64,000 nucleotides of DNA, from contig NC_088810.1 of NCBI RefSeq assembly GCF_011386835.1, positions 17,856,001 to 17,920,000 of the forward strand, given 5' to 3'. Position numbers and translations under genes: made by a program. The stretch comes from Chrysemys picta bellii. Its lineage: Eukaryota. Below are positions 20,485 through 33,883 of this stretch, one piece after another (the first letter of the stretch is position 1; every line of letters starts with the position of its first letter). Below the pieces are notes generated by a model. It ran no database searches. It was given only the letters and a program-made list of their open reading frames with translations, and was not told the origin of the DNA.

Positions 20485-20973
20485 TGTAAGCAAGACATGA
20501 GAAGTAATTCTTCTCTATGCTGCCCTGCTATGGCCTCAGCTGGAGAAGTGGGCGCAGTTCTGGGCACCACACTTTGGGAAAGATGTGGACAACCTGGAGA
20601 AAGTCTAGAGGAGCGCAACAAAAATGATGAAAGGTCAAGAACACCTGCCCTAGGAGGAAAGCTTGAAAAAATTGGGTTTGTCTAGTCTGGAGAAGAGAGA
20701 ACTCAGAGGGGACATGAGAACAGTTTTCAAGTACATCAAAGGTTTTTCCAAAGAGGAGGGTGAACAATTGTTCTTGTTAACTTCTGAGGATAGGACAAGA
20801 AGCAACGGCCTTCAATTGCAGCAAGGGCAGTTTAGATTGGCCATTAGGAAAAACTTCCTCACTGTCAGGGTAGTTAGGCACTGGAACAAATTACCTAGGG
20901 AGGTTGCGGAATCTCCGTCACTAGAGATTTTTAAGAGCAGGTTAGACAAACGCCTGTCAGGGATGGTCTAGAT
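20485..20973 (+). mobile_element. CR1 LINE ORF2 3' fragment
   Basis: cagttctgggcaccacacttt...LSSLEKRELRGDM...SPSLEIFKSRLDKRLSGMV*. Confidence 0.9.
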
Positions 20974-21577
20974 CAGGGGTCGGCAACCTACGGCACGTGT
21001 GCCGATTTTGAATGGCACGCGGCTGCCTGCCGCGGTTCTGATCCCCAGTTGCACTCAGCCCTCCCGCCCACCGCTCTCCCCTGCTGGGGCAGGAGGCCGA
21101 AGCTTCGTCCTGCAACAGCCAAGCTCCCCGCCCCCACTTCTTCCCCCAGCCGTGGTGCTTTCCTGCCCCTCCTCCTCTCCTTCCCTGCGCCAGCCCTTGC
21201 AAAGGGAAGGGGGAGGAGTGGCAGCGTGCTCGCTGCTCCGCAAAAGCCCCGCTCTCCCCGCTGGAGCTTCAGCTGGCGTGCGGCAGCCCTGAGGCCCCTC
21301 GCTAAAGCCGGCCCTGGGTAAAGGAGGCAGAGAAGAGGAGGGACGGGGGCTTGGGGAAGGGGGTGGAACAGGACATATCCCTTCCAGCACCCTGCCATGA
21401 GCCGCTCAGGGCAGGGGGCTGGGAGCACCCCCACGAGCCGAGCATCCCAGCCCTCTGCCCTGAACTCCCCCGACACCCAGCCTTCTGCCCTGCACCTCCA
21501 CACACACCCTAGCCCTCTGCCCTGACCCACCCCACCCCCAGCCTTCTGCCCTGCACCCCCCCACATCCGCAGCCCTC
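20974..21577 (+). mobile_element. hAT-Charlie-like MITE, right end missing
   Basis: Begins CAGGGGTCGGCAACCTACGGCAC; interior matches the reverse complement of 53562-54637. Confidence 0.8.
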
Positions 21578-21949
21578 ATGCTTTATTTGGTTAGGTTGAC
21601 TGAACTGTAAAACCCAGCTCAGCCCTTTGGCCCCTACACCAGTCAGCTGACTCCTGGGACAAGGGATGAGGCTGGATCAGAGGTGCTGGAACAATTTTTA
21701 TAGTGGGGTGCTAAGAGTCAGTGAACCAATCTGTAAACATAGGATGGAAACCACTTCAAGCCGGGGGTGCGCACTTCAGCACCATCGGCTGGAATGGTGG
21801 TGGTGGAGGGTCTGGCTGGAGTCAGGGGACAAAGAGACTTGGCTGGGGCGACGCATGACTCCCATGATGGGGTGAGAGGCTGAAGATCCTCACTGGAGTG
21901 AGAGAAGATAGGAGCCCAAATGATTGGACAACAGTATACGATTCACATC

Positions 21950-22260
21950 AAATAGAATAAAAAATAGAAAAAATAATACATTTATAAAAAGTGCAAAATA
22001 AATTTAAAATAGTAATAATGAATAAAATACAAAAATATTAACAGACTTAAAAAAAGTAAAATAATAAAAACTGAAAAATAAAAATTGTAAAATACATAAA
22101 AAACATAAAAGGGGAAATAAAATTAAAAGAAACTTTATATATATTTATATATATAAACAACAATAAAATAAAAAAGTAAAATATATTAAAAAGGTAAAAA
22201 TATAACTATTAAGAAAAAACACACACACAAAAAGAAAGAAAAAAGAAGTACAATTGTAAA
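21950..22260 (+). repeat. A-rich low-complexity tract (~310 bp)
   Basis: Overwhelmingly A with scattered T, G and C; no clear period. Confidence 0.9.
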
Positions 22261-23526
22261 ACCGAGGGCGAGAGTCCATGGGGCTTGTGCTTCTATATCA
22301 TAGGTGAGGAGCTCTGGTGTGTGCCCCCGTGTCCCCCTCTCTGTCCCCCGTGTGGACAGGGCTAGACAGCAGTCTCACTCCGGCCATGCGGCCACCCCAG
22401 CCTGGGAGTGAGGGGCGGCGCCCTCCCGGGCTTCTGGACCCACAGACAAAGCCCGGGGGGAACCACTCCCATTTATACTTGCTGGACACAAGGCTCTTGC
22501 TCGTGTTGTACAGGAGGCTAAGCGACCCCCCTGTTATACACTGAGCAATGAGGGCTCCCTCCGTGTGGGGCAGAGGCGAGACCCTGCGCTCCAGGGACGA
22601 GGTAGCTGGTGGACAGACCCCGCCGGAGCGGGGAATGTCGGCAGGCGCCACTCTGCCTTGGACGGAGTCATCTCCACTTGAGCAAGCGAGACTCCCCGCA
22701 ACCGCCAGGCACCTCTTCCGTCAGTGGACGGTGACCCTGACTCCGAGAGAGACCCCCGGGAGAGCGAGAGATAGACGGGGTGTCCCTCGGCTGGGCCCCC
22801 TGGGGCGAGATTCAGCCCAGCCGCAGCGGGATACACAAGGTACTAGGTGGAGAGGGGAAGGAGAGAGAGAGCCAGGCTGGAGGCCTCCGGGCTCTGCTCC
22901 CCTCTCTGAACCAGCCTGAGTCCCCCCACTCAGGGCTTTTCCCAGCGTGTACCCAGCTCACCCAACCTTGTGTCATGGGTCCGGGCCAAGCCTTCAGAAT
23001 GAGGGGAGAGAAAAGGGCAACGCTGCCTCTGCCCAGGCTGTGCAGAGAATCACCCCGCCCTTCTGGAACTACCTCTGGGGACCCAGCTGGGATTGTAGCT
23101 CATTGAGACTTCCAGAGCCTGGCCCCATTGCGGTCACTCCATGGGGTAGAACAGAAACACCTGCCTTTAAAATTCAACTGTATCTAGGGTGACCCCACCT
23201 GTATTTCAAGTTCCGTAATAGAGGACACTGCTGCGGGGGGTTGGGGGGGAGCTCGAGGGGGTATTTTGGGGTGCTGGAGGGGTGTGTGTGTACTGGGAGA
23301 TGGTATTTGGGAGGTGCTGGACAGAGTATTTGGGGTGTGTAAGAGCAGGGGTGCCTCTTGGGACCGGGGGAACCTCCCGGAGGCATGCTGCCGAAGGCAG
23401 CCTGACTGCCGCCCTCAAGGCGACCAGCAAGCAGCACCCCGCGGCTTGCCGCCCCAGGCAGGCGCTTGCTGCGCTGGTGCCTGGAGCCGTCCCTGGTTGT
23501 TCCCCATAACGTCCATTCTTCTCCCC

Positions 23527-24058
23527 TAGGGTTACCATACGTCCAGATTTTCCTGGACATGTCCGGCTTTTTGGGACTCAAATCCCCGTCCGGGGGGAAA
23601 TCCCAAAAAGCCGAACATGTCCGGGAAAATCCGGCGCTGCTGGGCCGGGGGCTGGCCCGGGGCCGGCGGTGCTGGGCGGCTGGGGGGTGCGCCGGGGGCC
23701 GGGGGGGTACGCTGGGCGGCCGGGGGGGTGTGCCGGGCCGGCGGGGGGTGCGCCGGGCCGCCGGGGGCCGGCGGTGCCGGGCGGGCTGGGGGTGCTCGGC
23801 CGGGGGCCAGGGCCGGCACCCCAGGGCCCGAGCCGACCCAGGCTGGAGCCGCCGGGGGGGCCAACCTGGGCCGCGCCTCCTCCCCCCACACCCCCCTTAC
23901 CTGCTTCAGGCTTCCCGCGAATCAAATGTTTGCGGGAAGCAGGGGAGGGGGCGGAGACTTTGGGGAAGGGGTGGAGTTGGGGCGTGGGCGGGGCTGGGGG
24001 CGGGGCCAGGGCCCCGTGGAGTGTCCTCCATTTGGAGGCACAAAATATGGTAACCCTA
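23527..24058. mobile_element. Blackjack-like hAT MITE, same family as 97-1072 in opposite orientation
   Basis: The same TAGGGTTACCATA TIRs and subterminal sequence; no matching TSD. Confidence 0.85.
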
Positions 24059-24494
24059 CCATTGGCGTGTGATCGGGTTTGCTGCTGCTGTTGCCACTCT
24101 GCACCCCAAGAGGTGGATTTTGGGGTCCTGCAGTTTTCCACCTATCTCCTCCTCTACTGCAGCTGTTGGACCAGCAGGCTGGGGGGTGAGCCAAGCATGA
24201 AAGCAGTACTGTGTTGCCATTTAGATTGTCATTTCACAACTTTGTTTGCCAAAAATGCTTGCTAACAATCCCTGAATTCAATTTCAATATATATTTTTTA
24301 AATCAATATCTTAGCCAAAACCAGAAAATTAAGTTGTTGACAATTATTTGTGACAAGTTTGGTTTGGGGCAGGGAGTGGGCCAGTTTTCATCAGAGAAAT
24401 AAAAAATGTTGCCTGACTTTCCTATAGCCCTGTTACTGCTAAATAGAGCCCTCCAACAACTGTAATATGCTCACCCCCTTACTAGTGTACAGAG

Positions 24495-25338
24495 CAGGGG
24501 TCGGCAACCTACGGCACACGTGCCAAAGGTGGCACACAAGCTGATTTTTGATGGCACGCCGCGGCGGGCTGAGCGGCTCAGGCCACCGCCGCTCTGGGGT
24601 TCCGGCTGCTGCCCCATTGCCAGCCGGGGTCCCAGCCGCCGGCCCCACTCAGTGCCCGCTGCTGGCCTGGGGACCCCCAAGGAACCCCAGGCTGTCAACG
24701 GGCTGAGCAGGCCGGCGGCTGAGACCCCGTCTGAGCCACTCAACCCGCTGCCGGCCTGGGGTTCCATTCACTCAGCCGGCAGCGGACTGAGCGGGGCTGG
24801 TGGGGGGCTCAGTGGGGTCGGCGGCAGGCTGAGCGGGGCCGGCGGCTGGGACCCCGACTGGCAAGGGGCCAGCAGCCGGAACCCCAGAGCAGCAGCAGGC
24901 TGAGTGCTGCCGGTACCCCAGACTGGCAACGGACTGAGCCACTCAGCCCCCCCGCTGGTCCCGCTCAGCCCGCCAGCGGCCCGCTCAGCCTGCTGCCGGC
25001 TGAGTGAATGGAATCCCAGACCGGCAGTGGGCTGAGTAGGGCCAGTAGCTGGACCCCAGACCGGCAGTGGGCTGAGCGGGGCTGGTGGCTGGAACCCCAG
25101 ACAAGGATCCCAGGCAAGGATCACACTAAATTGATAAGATCTGCATTTTAATTTGATTTTAAATGAAGCTTCTTAAATATCTTAAAAACCTTATTTACTT
25201 CAAATACAACAATAGTTTATTTATATAATATAGACATAGAGAGAGACCTTCTACAAATGTTAAAATGTATTACTGGCATGGGAAACCTTAAATGACAGTG
25301 AACTTGGCACACCACTTCTGAAAGGTTGCCGACCCCTG
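24495..25338 (+). mobile_element. hAT-Charlie-like MITE
   Basis: TIRs CAGGGGTCGGCAACC / GGTTGCCGACCCCTG; TSD GTACAGAG / GTATAGAG (7 of 8). Confidence 0.9.
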
Positions 25339-25929
25339 GTATAGAGTGACCATATGTTGTACTAAGATTCTCTTGCTTTTTTTCCCAGTGAGTCAGTATA
25401 GCTTTTGCCAGCCCAGAGGTTGGGCAGCCAATGTCTTACATTTTCACAATGTTTTGTCCAACTTTCATAAAGTCAATACACGGTTAATAGGAGTTAAAAA
25501 GGCCAGGGACACTTCCTTGTGAAGAATCTGTGTAGCAGATCATGCTAGAGCTGTGAAAATGTCAGTTTTTGATGGAACTTTAGAGGCAGTGATTTATCAT
25601 GTATTTCTGGCAGTGCCCCAAATGTGCTGCTATTGCTAATGTCTTTCCAAACAAAAATGAGGCACAATAGGACTTCTGTAACATTTCTGTGCTACCTTCA
25701 TCTAGATGAGATGATTCTGTGCTGACTTCATTTTGGTCACTTTGTGCTTTACCTAGGAGTAAAACTAGGGTTATATTTCCCCACTGCTTGGAAACCCAGC
25801 TTATTAAACTGGATAATGCCATTGATCTATTTACAGTAGAAGGTTGAGTTGTAACTAACATTAAGACTGATGCCCACTATACATTTAAAACTAAAAAGTG
25901 GCTTTGTAAAAATGACCTGGGTTTCCAAC

Positions 25930-26700
25930 TCTATTGTGTTTCAGTCAGGGCGGAGCACCTTGTGAGGTGTCTTCACACTAGCTCAAGGTCACAGCGCAAG
26001 AACCTAGAGAGCCTCCTGAAGCACGGTGATAGTTTTGATTTAAATGGACTTGAACTGTACGAAGAATTGAGGACACTGTCACCAATGTTGCCACATGCAA
26101 AATCGGTGATGGACATTGTACAGTTTATTCATACCAGCAAAACTTGTTGACATATATCCTAATGTGTACATTGCCACTCGTATTCTACCGACAATTCCTG
26201 TAACAGTAGCATCAGGAGAACGGAGTTTCTCAAAACTAAAGCTCATTAAAAACTATCTCCGTTCTACAATGAGTCAGGAATGCTTGACTGGTCTTGCTAT
26301 TCCTGCAATCGAACAAGACATCACTTTGTCTTTGTCATACAATGACATTATTACTGCTTTTGCAGCCAAAAAAAGCCAGAAAGATTGCTTTGAATTAAAA
26401 ACAAATCCTTGTTTCAATACCTCTTCATATACATTTCCAATAAAAAGTTGACAAATTAAAAAAATTATATTATTTGCATCATTCTGTCAAATCAGAATTT
26501 TTTCTGTAGCGCTACTTCTTTAGTGCTAGTCCATCAGCATTACAGTGTGCTTCATTAAGTTAAACTGGGTTTAATAACATGCATGTGGCAAGTTTTCCAA
26601 TACTGTAAGCTTATGTTTGTGTTGTTAAGAGCAAGTCAGGCACAGGGGCACCAGTTGAATAATCCCGCCTAGGGCACCATAAATCCTAAGGACGGCCCTG
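25930..26700 (+). mobile_element. hAT (Tip100-like) transposon 3' part with frameshifted transposase C-terminal dimerisation domain
   Basis: DLNGLELYEEL...YPNVYIATRILPTIPVTVASGERSFSKLKLIKNYLRSTMSQE (hATC); terminal GACGGCCCTG at 26691-26700. Confidence 0.88.
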
Positions 26701-26711
26701 GTGCCACCTGA

Positions 26712-27902
26712 TGTACTGGTGTACCACTGAGCCTGCCTGTTCCACCAGCCTGGGCTCCCTTACCCTGTCATGCTGAGCTAGGCTCTCAACCCTCCTTCAG
26801 CACACACACAGATAGGAGCGCACCCAGCTGCAGAAAGACTGAAATCAGCTCTGCGTGGAACGACTCAACTAGGGAAATGCCCAGCACTCAAGTGCACCCC
26901 CCCGCTGGAGTGCAAACCCAAAATGGTACTGGCTTGCGCTGTGCCGAGAGGCTATGCAGAATTATACAGCGTAAGCTCATTGAAATTCACTCCCTCCCTC
27001 AATGTGAAGGAAGATATGCACAGGTTTTTGCTCCCCAGTTATAGACTTCCACAAATTGGTTTTAGAGAAAACAAACAAGTTTATTAACCACAAAAGCTAG
27101 ATTTTAAGGGGGTAGCAAACAGATCAAAGCAGATTACCTAGCAAATGAAACAAACACACAAGCTAAGCTTAATATGTTAAAGAAACTGGTTATAACGAGC
27201 AATTTCTCAACTTGTGTTAGGCAGATTGCAGAGTTTCTTGAAGGCCAGCTGCTCTTGCTTGCAGCTTGAACCTCCAGGTATTTCTTTCACAGGCCGGACA
27301 CCCTCTCGCCTGGGGTCAGTCCATTTCCCCCACTTCGTCTTTGTTTCTTAGATGTTTTCAGCAGTCATTCTGGGCGGGATTCAGTGAAGAATGAACACCG
27401 ATGAAGTCACTTCCCTGCATTAAATAGGTTTTATATAGGGTGGTAATTCTGTGTTTTCCAGTTTGATTCCACACCTCCCCCCCCCCCACCCTCACCACAC
27501 ACATTCAGTGGAAAAATACTGGTATTCTATCATGGAGGATGTGATCACATGACCCTGCAGCCATGACTCAGTCTATTTGCAGCATCCACAGGAAGGCTTT
27601 CCATGAAGGTGGGAGAGCAGCATCTTCAAAGCCCTATTGTCTTTCCTCATGACCCATCCAGGCTGATTGCATTCTGTCTGGTGGGCATTCCCCAGGTGTA
27701 AACCCACTTGTAATTGATACATAGTCAATATTCCTAACTTCAGATACAGAAACGATACATGCCAGCAAATAGGGTCATCCTATTCAGCAAATCATAACCT
27801 TTCCAATGATATCTCACATGCCTTATCTTGTACAACATATATCACAGTTATGCTAGAATATTATAACAATATTTCTAGGAAGACTACGGGACGTACGTCA
27901 CA
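26712..27902 (-). mobile_element. Probable solo LTR (ERV/Gypsy type)
   Basis: Minus strand begins TGTGACG and ends CCAGTACA; AATAAA on - at 27080-27085; no TSD found. Confidence 0.5.
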
Positions 27903-30539
27903 GGCTGCATGAGGCCAGCTGGCATGGGGAAGCGATAATCAGGCCTGGTAAGCGGAGCCTGGCATGGGCGTTGTTTTCGGTTCCTCTTTCTGGTTGGGCG
28001 TGGGACAGCTGTGTGTATTTTTGCACTTTGTGTGAAACGAGGTTGAGCGTAGCTGGGGGTGGGGAGGGAGAGAAGTTTTGGCAGAAGCAGAACTAGATGC
28101 CCGGTACACCGGCTCCGAACACAGCTCAGGCGCTGGTTGGCCAGCGGTCTGTTGTCGCTATTTGCTGGCTTTACTGTGACCAGCATTTTCTGCTGAGCAA
28201 TGTATGGCTCAGCCCCCGCTGCTTAATTTATGCCTTGCACGCTCACGTTCCCAGGATTGCCAGCTCCAAGCATTTAAACATCAGGACTAGGCCCCCACCC
28301 CCAGATAATGGTTGCCTTAAAAAAGTCAAGAGTTGTTTGTTTGTTTTTTTTAAAACACCACACATTTTGGGCTCTTTTAAAACTTCCTTTCCTGTTTTTG
28401 TATCATTAAGGGGCCATGCCTTCAAGCATTTCGCTGCAACCACAAAGGGCTGGAAACTGGTTCTTTTTGGCTTGTTAAATGAAAGCTGAGAGTCTCATGG
28501 GAATCCCATGACTCCAGAAGCTGGGGCTTAAAAGCACCAAATATCGTGAGACCTGTGATTAAAAACCATGAGAGTTGGTGCCACTGCGCTGGCACACGTT
28601 CCCGCGGCATGAGGCTGTAACAAGGTCACAGGCTGCTGCCATGTCTTGATGCAAAGACTCATCTTTTGGGGCAAACTCCAGGAAAGGCAGTTTGATCTCT
28701 TCCCGAGCGCAGTATGGAAGCCATAGGTCCTAGTGAAACACTTAAATTTCATAGCTACATCAACAACATCATGGATGAAACTGGAATTCCATGTCTGCAA
28801 AACCCCAGCCGCCACATCTGTCTCCAGGTCCTACTTTCTCTTAGGGCTTGTCTATGCTACCACGTAAGTTACGTTGCTCAGGGGTCTGGAAACCCCCACC
28901 CCCTTAAAGTGGTGTCTACACCATGGGAGACGCTCTGCGGCCGACATAACTTCCGCCTCTCGTTGAGGGGCAGTAATTACGTCAACCGTTACCAGACGTG
29001 CTACACTAGTGCGGCTGCATTGATGCAGCAGTGAAAACAATCCCTTAGGGACTTGCGGGGCCCAGCAGAGGGTGCTACATCACACGATATACTTGCAAAC
29101 CCAGAGCCCATTTTTTCAGCGCCTGAAACTTCAGCAGAACTTTCCCGGGAGATCTTCTGACCTCATTTCCAGCTGTATTAGAACAGGGGGAGCTTTATGT
29201 CGCGGTTGAGGGCTAGCTGCACCTCTGACCCCCTCCTCTGGCCTCTCTGAGTGCGTCTTACCCGCACCCTGACTTTTTGGGGGGTGGAATCCTGCAGTTT
29301 TTCCACTCTTAGACCAGGTCCTGTGCTGCAGTATTCTGTATATCGACTGTGCTCACCCCAGCAAGTCCAACTGGGGTCGGGTCCGTGTGGTTCTTCCCGG
29401 CGGGAGCTGTCATGTAAATAAGCAGACAGCCTTCCAGAAACGAAGTGTTGGTTAATGTTCACAAGAGGAACAAAGCAGAGCGTAAGAGAACAGGATTTAA
29501 ATCCAGCAAAAGGCCTCCATGCATGCCAGGGGCCACCGAGACGTGCTAGCAGACGGCCGGTTCCGGGAGCGGCGTGGGGCCACGGCATGCAGGCAGCCTG
29601 CCTGAGTGACCCGCTGCACCGTGGGACTTTTAGCGGCTCGGAGTTGGAGATCGCTGCCTGTGATTTATTTTTGCGGGGCCCCCCCTTGAGCCAGGGCCCT
29701 GGGCTGCAGCCCCTGCCTTAGTCCGTCCCTGATCCTAAGACCCCTCCAAGAGAGGGAGTGGAGGGAGGGCCCTGCAGAAACGGCTGTGGCCATAAGGGGG
29801 CGCCTGGGCAAATGGACACCTATACAAGGCTCTCTACTGCTCCAACTTCCCAGTCACCCCGACTTCTCTGGGGTTCCACTCCCCCTGTCCTTGAGACGCC
29901 TTTTAAATTGAGCCAAAGTTCGTTTGTTCAGTGTTTTCTGAGCCTGGTTACACTGAGTCAGGGCAGCAACATTAGTGTCCTGGGTGTTTGCTGAGCGGCT
30001 GTTATCTGGGCTACCGTCTGCCTGTCTTTCCTGATCATACAGTTAACGCATCAATTCAGTACCTGCCCGTGCCCATGGTAAACGTTCCAGGAACCAGGTC
30101 ACGTACCGTATTCATGAAGTATTACAGAGCGGTTCCAAACTGATCACGCTTTACACTACAGACTGCTGGGTTTCAAGGCCCCAAGGGACCCATTTTGATC
30201 GTCTGGTCTGGCCTCCCTGCAGAACACAGGCCACAGAACCTCAGCCAGTAATTTCCAGGTTTGCCAACCCCAAAAGTTTAAAAAACAAAACAAAACCAGA
30301 CCCAGATGCACCCCCACTCCTAAAAAAAAATCATGAGATTGACCTAAAAAGGTTGTGATTTTTGATCTGTCTTTTGATTATTTTTTTTTTAACCCCACCT
30401 CACCCCATCCCGTGTGTGAGAGAGAGAATTAATGTCACCAGCTTTCCCTAATGCACCGAGCAGGTGAATTCTGGCCTCACTGGACGAGTTCTCACTGTGC
30501 AGAGTTTCCCGCTTCTCCCCAACCCCAGTGTTCTAATTA

Positions 30540-31912
30540 CAGTAACTCCTCACTTAAAGTTGTCCCAGTTAACATGGTTTCGTCCTTACGTTGCTGATCA
30601 CTTAGGGAAAATGCTCATTTAAAGTTGTGCAATGCTCCCGTCTAACGTTGTTTGGCAGCCGCCTGCTTTGTCCACTGCTTGCAGGAAGAGCAGCCCGTTG
30701 CAGCTAGCTTGTGGGGGCTTGGAACCGGGGTGGACCGGCAGCCCCCCATCAGCTCACCCTATCAGCTCCCTGCTCAGGGCTGGCTCTGGCTTTTTTCCCG
30801 CCCCAGGCAAAAAAGCCTCCCACCGCCCCCCAGCGGGGAGCGCGGCAGGGGAGAGTGCCGAGCCCGGCTGCGGCCCCGCTCTCCCCGGCCGGCCAGAGCG
30901 CTGGGAGGAGGGCGCAGAGCCCGGCTGTGGCCCCGCTCTCCCCGACCGGCCGGAGCGCCGGGGGAAGGCGGCGAGCCCGCCGCGGCTCCGCTCTCCCCGG
31001 CGGCCAGAGCGTTGGGGGGAGGGCAGCGAGCCCGGCCGGCCGGAGTGCCGGGGAAGGGCGGCGAGCCCGGCCGCAGCCCCGCTCTCCCCGGGTGAGCGCC
31101 GCCCCCCTCCAGGTGCCGCCCCATGCTTGGAGGGCCCTGCTCCCCTAAGTTCCCTGTGCTGCAGCCGCCTGCAGTTCAGCTGTCCCTCCCCCCACTGCCA
31201 TGTGCTGCTCCTGCCCTCTGCCTTGGAGCTGCTCCCAGAGACCCCTGCTTGCTGTGCAGGAGGGAAGGGGGGGGCTAATGTCAGGGCGCCCCCCTCTCCC
31301 CTGCTCCTGCACCCTGCTTACCCCTTCTCCATATAGAACAGGAAGGGGACATGGAGGGAGAGAGACAGAGAGCTTGGGGCAGCAGCTGCTGTCTCAACTT
31401 CCTGATCCACTTAAAAAGACCATGCACTTAAGAGTGGATCAGCTTACTTAAAGGGGCAGTGTGCATCTCTCTCTCTCTCCCACACACAAGATGTGTGTCT
31501 GTCTCTGTCTGCTGTGCTGTCTCCCCTCCCTCGTGTTCATGCTGCCTTGTGTGAGAGGCTACATTAACAACAATGTGTTAACCCGTGAGGGCTCAGCCGA
31601 GTGCTAGTTCATCATTTAGCAGCAAGGCTCCCTGAGAAATATCCCTCCCTCTTCCACCCTCTGACTCCACCACCTCAACCAAGCTTCACAATCATCATAG
31701 CTGTGAACAGCATTAAATTGTTTGTTTAAAACGTATACTGTGTGTATATCTATATAATATATAGTTTTTTGTCTGGTGAAAAAAATTTCCCTGGAACCTA
31801 ATTCCCCCTATTTACATTAATTCTTATGGGGAAATTGGATTCGCTTAACATCGTTTCGCTTAAAGTTGCATTTTTCAGGAACAGAACTACAGTGTTAAGC
31901 GAGGAGTTACTG
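30540..31912 (+). mobile_element. TcMar-Tigger-like non-autonomous element
   Basis: TIRs CAGTAACTCCTCACTTAA / TTAAGCGAGGAGTTACTG with TA on both flanks. Confidence 0.88.
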
Positions 31913-33056
31913 TAGTTCTGTCCCTCCCTTGCAGTCTCCACATCCACCCCCTACCCCCTTATCCGTTTTGCCCTCTCATCCCCCTGCATTTTCCCTTTGC
32001 CTATCACTGCACCTCCTGCAGCTCCAAGATTCTTTGCTGCCCCCTCCTTCTCAGGCCTGGATGGGAAACTGCATTGCGGGGGTCTCCTTTCTCCCAGCCT
32101 AAGTGTTGGGGGGGGAGCTCCAGGGCTCATCATCCCCCCCCCCATTCCCTCTTCCCAGGACAGCAGGTATCAGACTGATTCACGGGAGGGGAGTAGGGTG
32201 GAGGGAGCGGAGATGTCTGCATTGCTGGGTTCATTTTGCTCCATCTCCTCGTCCCCTCTCCGGAGAGGTGGGGTGAGAACTCTGCCCGCCTCTTGCAGCA
32301 GCGTTGATTGGCTGCCCTTCTGCTGGAGGTGGAGCAGCGGGGAAAGGCAGCCAATCAGAAGCAGGAGGTCTCATGAGAGCTTTGGAGTTTCTCGTGTCAT
32401 CCTGAGACTGGCTCCAGCCAAAATCCCGTGACTGGTGATGGAAATCGTGAGAGTTGGCAACAATGAATTTCTGCATCAAGCCCATAACCTCTGGTTGAGT
32501 TAGAGCACCTCTTACATCCAGTCTGGATTTAAAGACCGCAGGTGCTAGAGAATCTGCCACATCCTGAATTGAGTTGTTCGAACAGTTAATTCCTCTGCCG
32601 GCTAAAAACTTGTGCCTTATTTCTAGGCTTGGCAGAACTTGGTTTTGATTTTAATTTGGATGGATGCTATCAATGTTTATTTTTAATAATTTTTTTCTAT
32701 TTTTATCAATGTTCATTTCTCACAGCTGTGCAAAATTAAGGGGTGTAAGCATTTATTTTTTTTATGGATTTACATTTTCCCAGTGGCAAGACATGATGGG
32801 AGGCTCAGACAGAAATTATTTAATGACAGTCGACGTTGAGATTCAGGAAGTTGACGGTTTATAATGGTTAAAACACAAATTGCCAACATCCCATGTCAAA
32901 ATATATAAAGTAAATCTTCAACCAACATGTGGTTCGCAAGCAGCATTTTTCCTTACTTTGCCTGTCTGTAAATATTATGGCTGGCAATATTTTTTTAAAA
33001 CTGTTTGTGTGTGCACGGTGAGATTGGCGTTCACCAGCATTTACCAATAAACATCT

Positions 33057-33480
33057 AATCATAGAATCGTAGACGTGTAGGACTGGATGGGACCTCCAGA
33101 ATCCAATGTTTCTCAACAACCGGGCTGGTCCTTGAGATTTCCCTGACACAGTTTAGGAAGGCAGCAAGCCGGTCCCTGATATCAAAGAGGTTGAGAAACA
33201 CTGATTCTAGTCCTGTCCCTGCACTCAAGGCAGGACATGCCTTCTTTTTTCCTGGCCTAATTTGTCTATCTTCAGCATCCAGCCATTGGATCTGGCTGTA
33301 CGTTTCGCTGCCCGATTAACGAGCGATCTACTACCAGAATTCTTTCCCCCATGTAAGTACTTGTAGGTCGTGATCAAGCCATGACCTCTTAACTTTCTCT
33401 GGGATAAACTGACTAGATAGAGCTTCTTAAGTCTCAAGGCGTATTTTCTGGTTCTTGTTCCCCTAGAGCAGAGAAGAGGG
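33057..33480 (-). mobile_element. Old CR1 3' fragment containing a ~100-bp hAT MITE (33104-33203)
   Basis: CATAGAATC start; reversed CR1 ORF2 remnant (LVSLSQRKLRG...); MITE TIRs CAATGTTTCTCAAC / GTTGAGAAACACTG. Confidence 0.7.
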
Positions 33481-33589
33481 GAGCCCACTGTTATGAGCTG
33501 ACAACCTGCTAGAGCAGGTTAGAAAAAATGGTTAGTGTAGTTAATGAAAAAGAATTGTTTTCTCTGATTTTTTTTTTTCAGAACACTTA

Positions 33590-33883
33590 GGGCTGGTCCA
33601 CACTAAGCCCCCAGTTCGAACTAAGATACGCAACTTCAGCTACGTGAATAACGTAGCTGAAGTCGAAGTATCTTAGTTAGAACTTAAAGGTACTTAGCGC
33701 GGGTCCACATGCGGCAGGCAGGCTCCCCCGTCGACTCCGCCTACTCCTCTCGCGGAGCAGGATTACCGGTGTCGACGGCGAACACTTCCGGGATTGATTT
33801 ATCACGTCTTGTCTAGACGCGATAAATCGATCCCAGAAGATCGATTGCTTGCTGCCGAACCAGTGGGTAGTATAGACGTACCC
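33590..33883. mobile_element. PIF/Harbinger MITE
   Basis: TIRs GGGCTGGTCCACACTA / TAGTATAGACGTACCC; 3-bp TSD TTA; internal palindrome ACTTCAGCTACGT..ACGTAGCTGAAGT. Confidence 0.85.

Noticed and set aside
23185-24058. Single composite hAT element from the TAGGGTGACC at 23185 to 24058
   Set aside because: No 8-bp TSD matches either candidate left end, so the boundaries cannot be supported.
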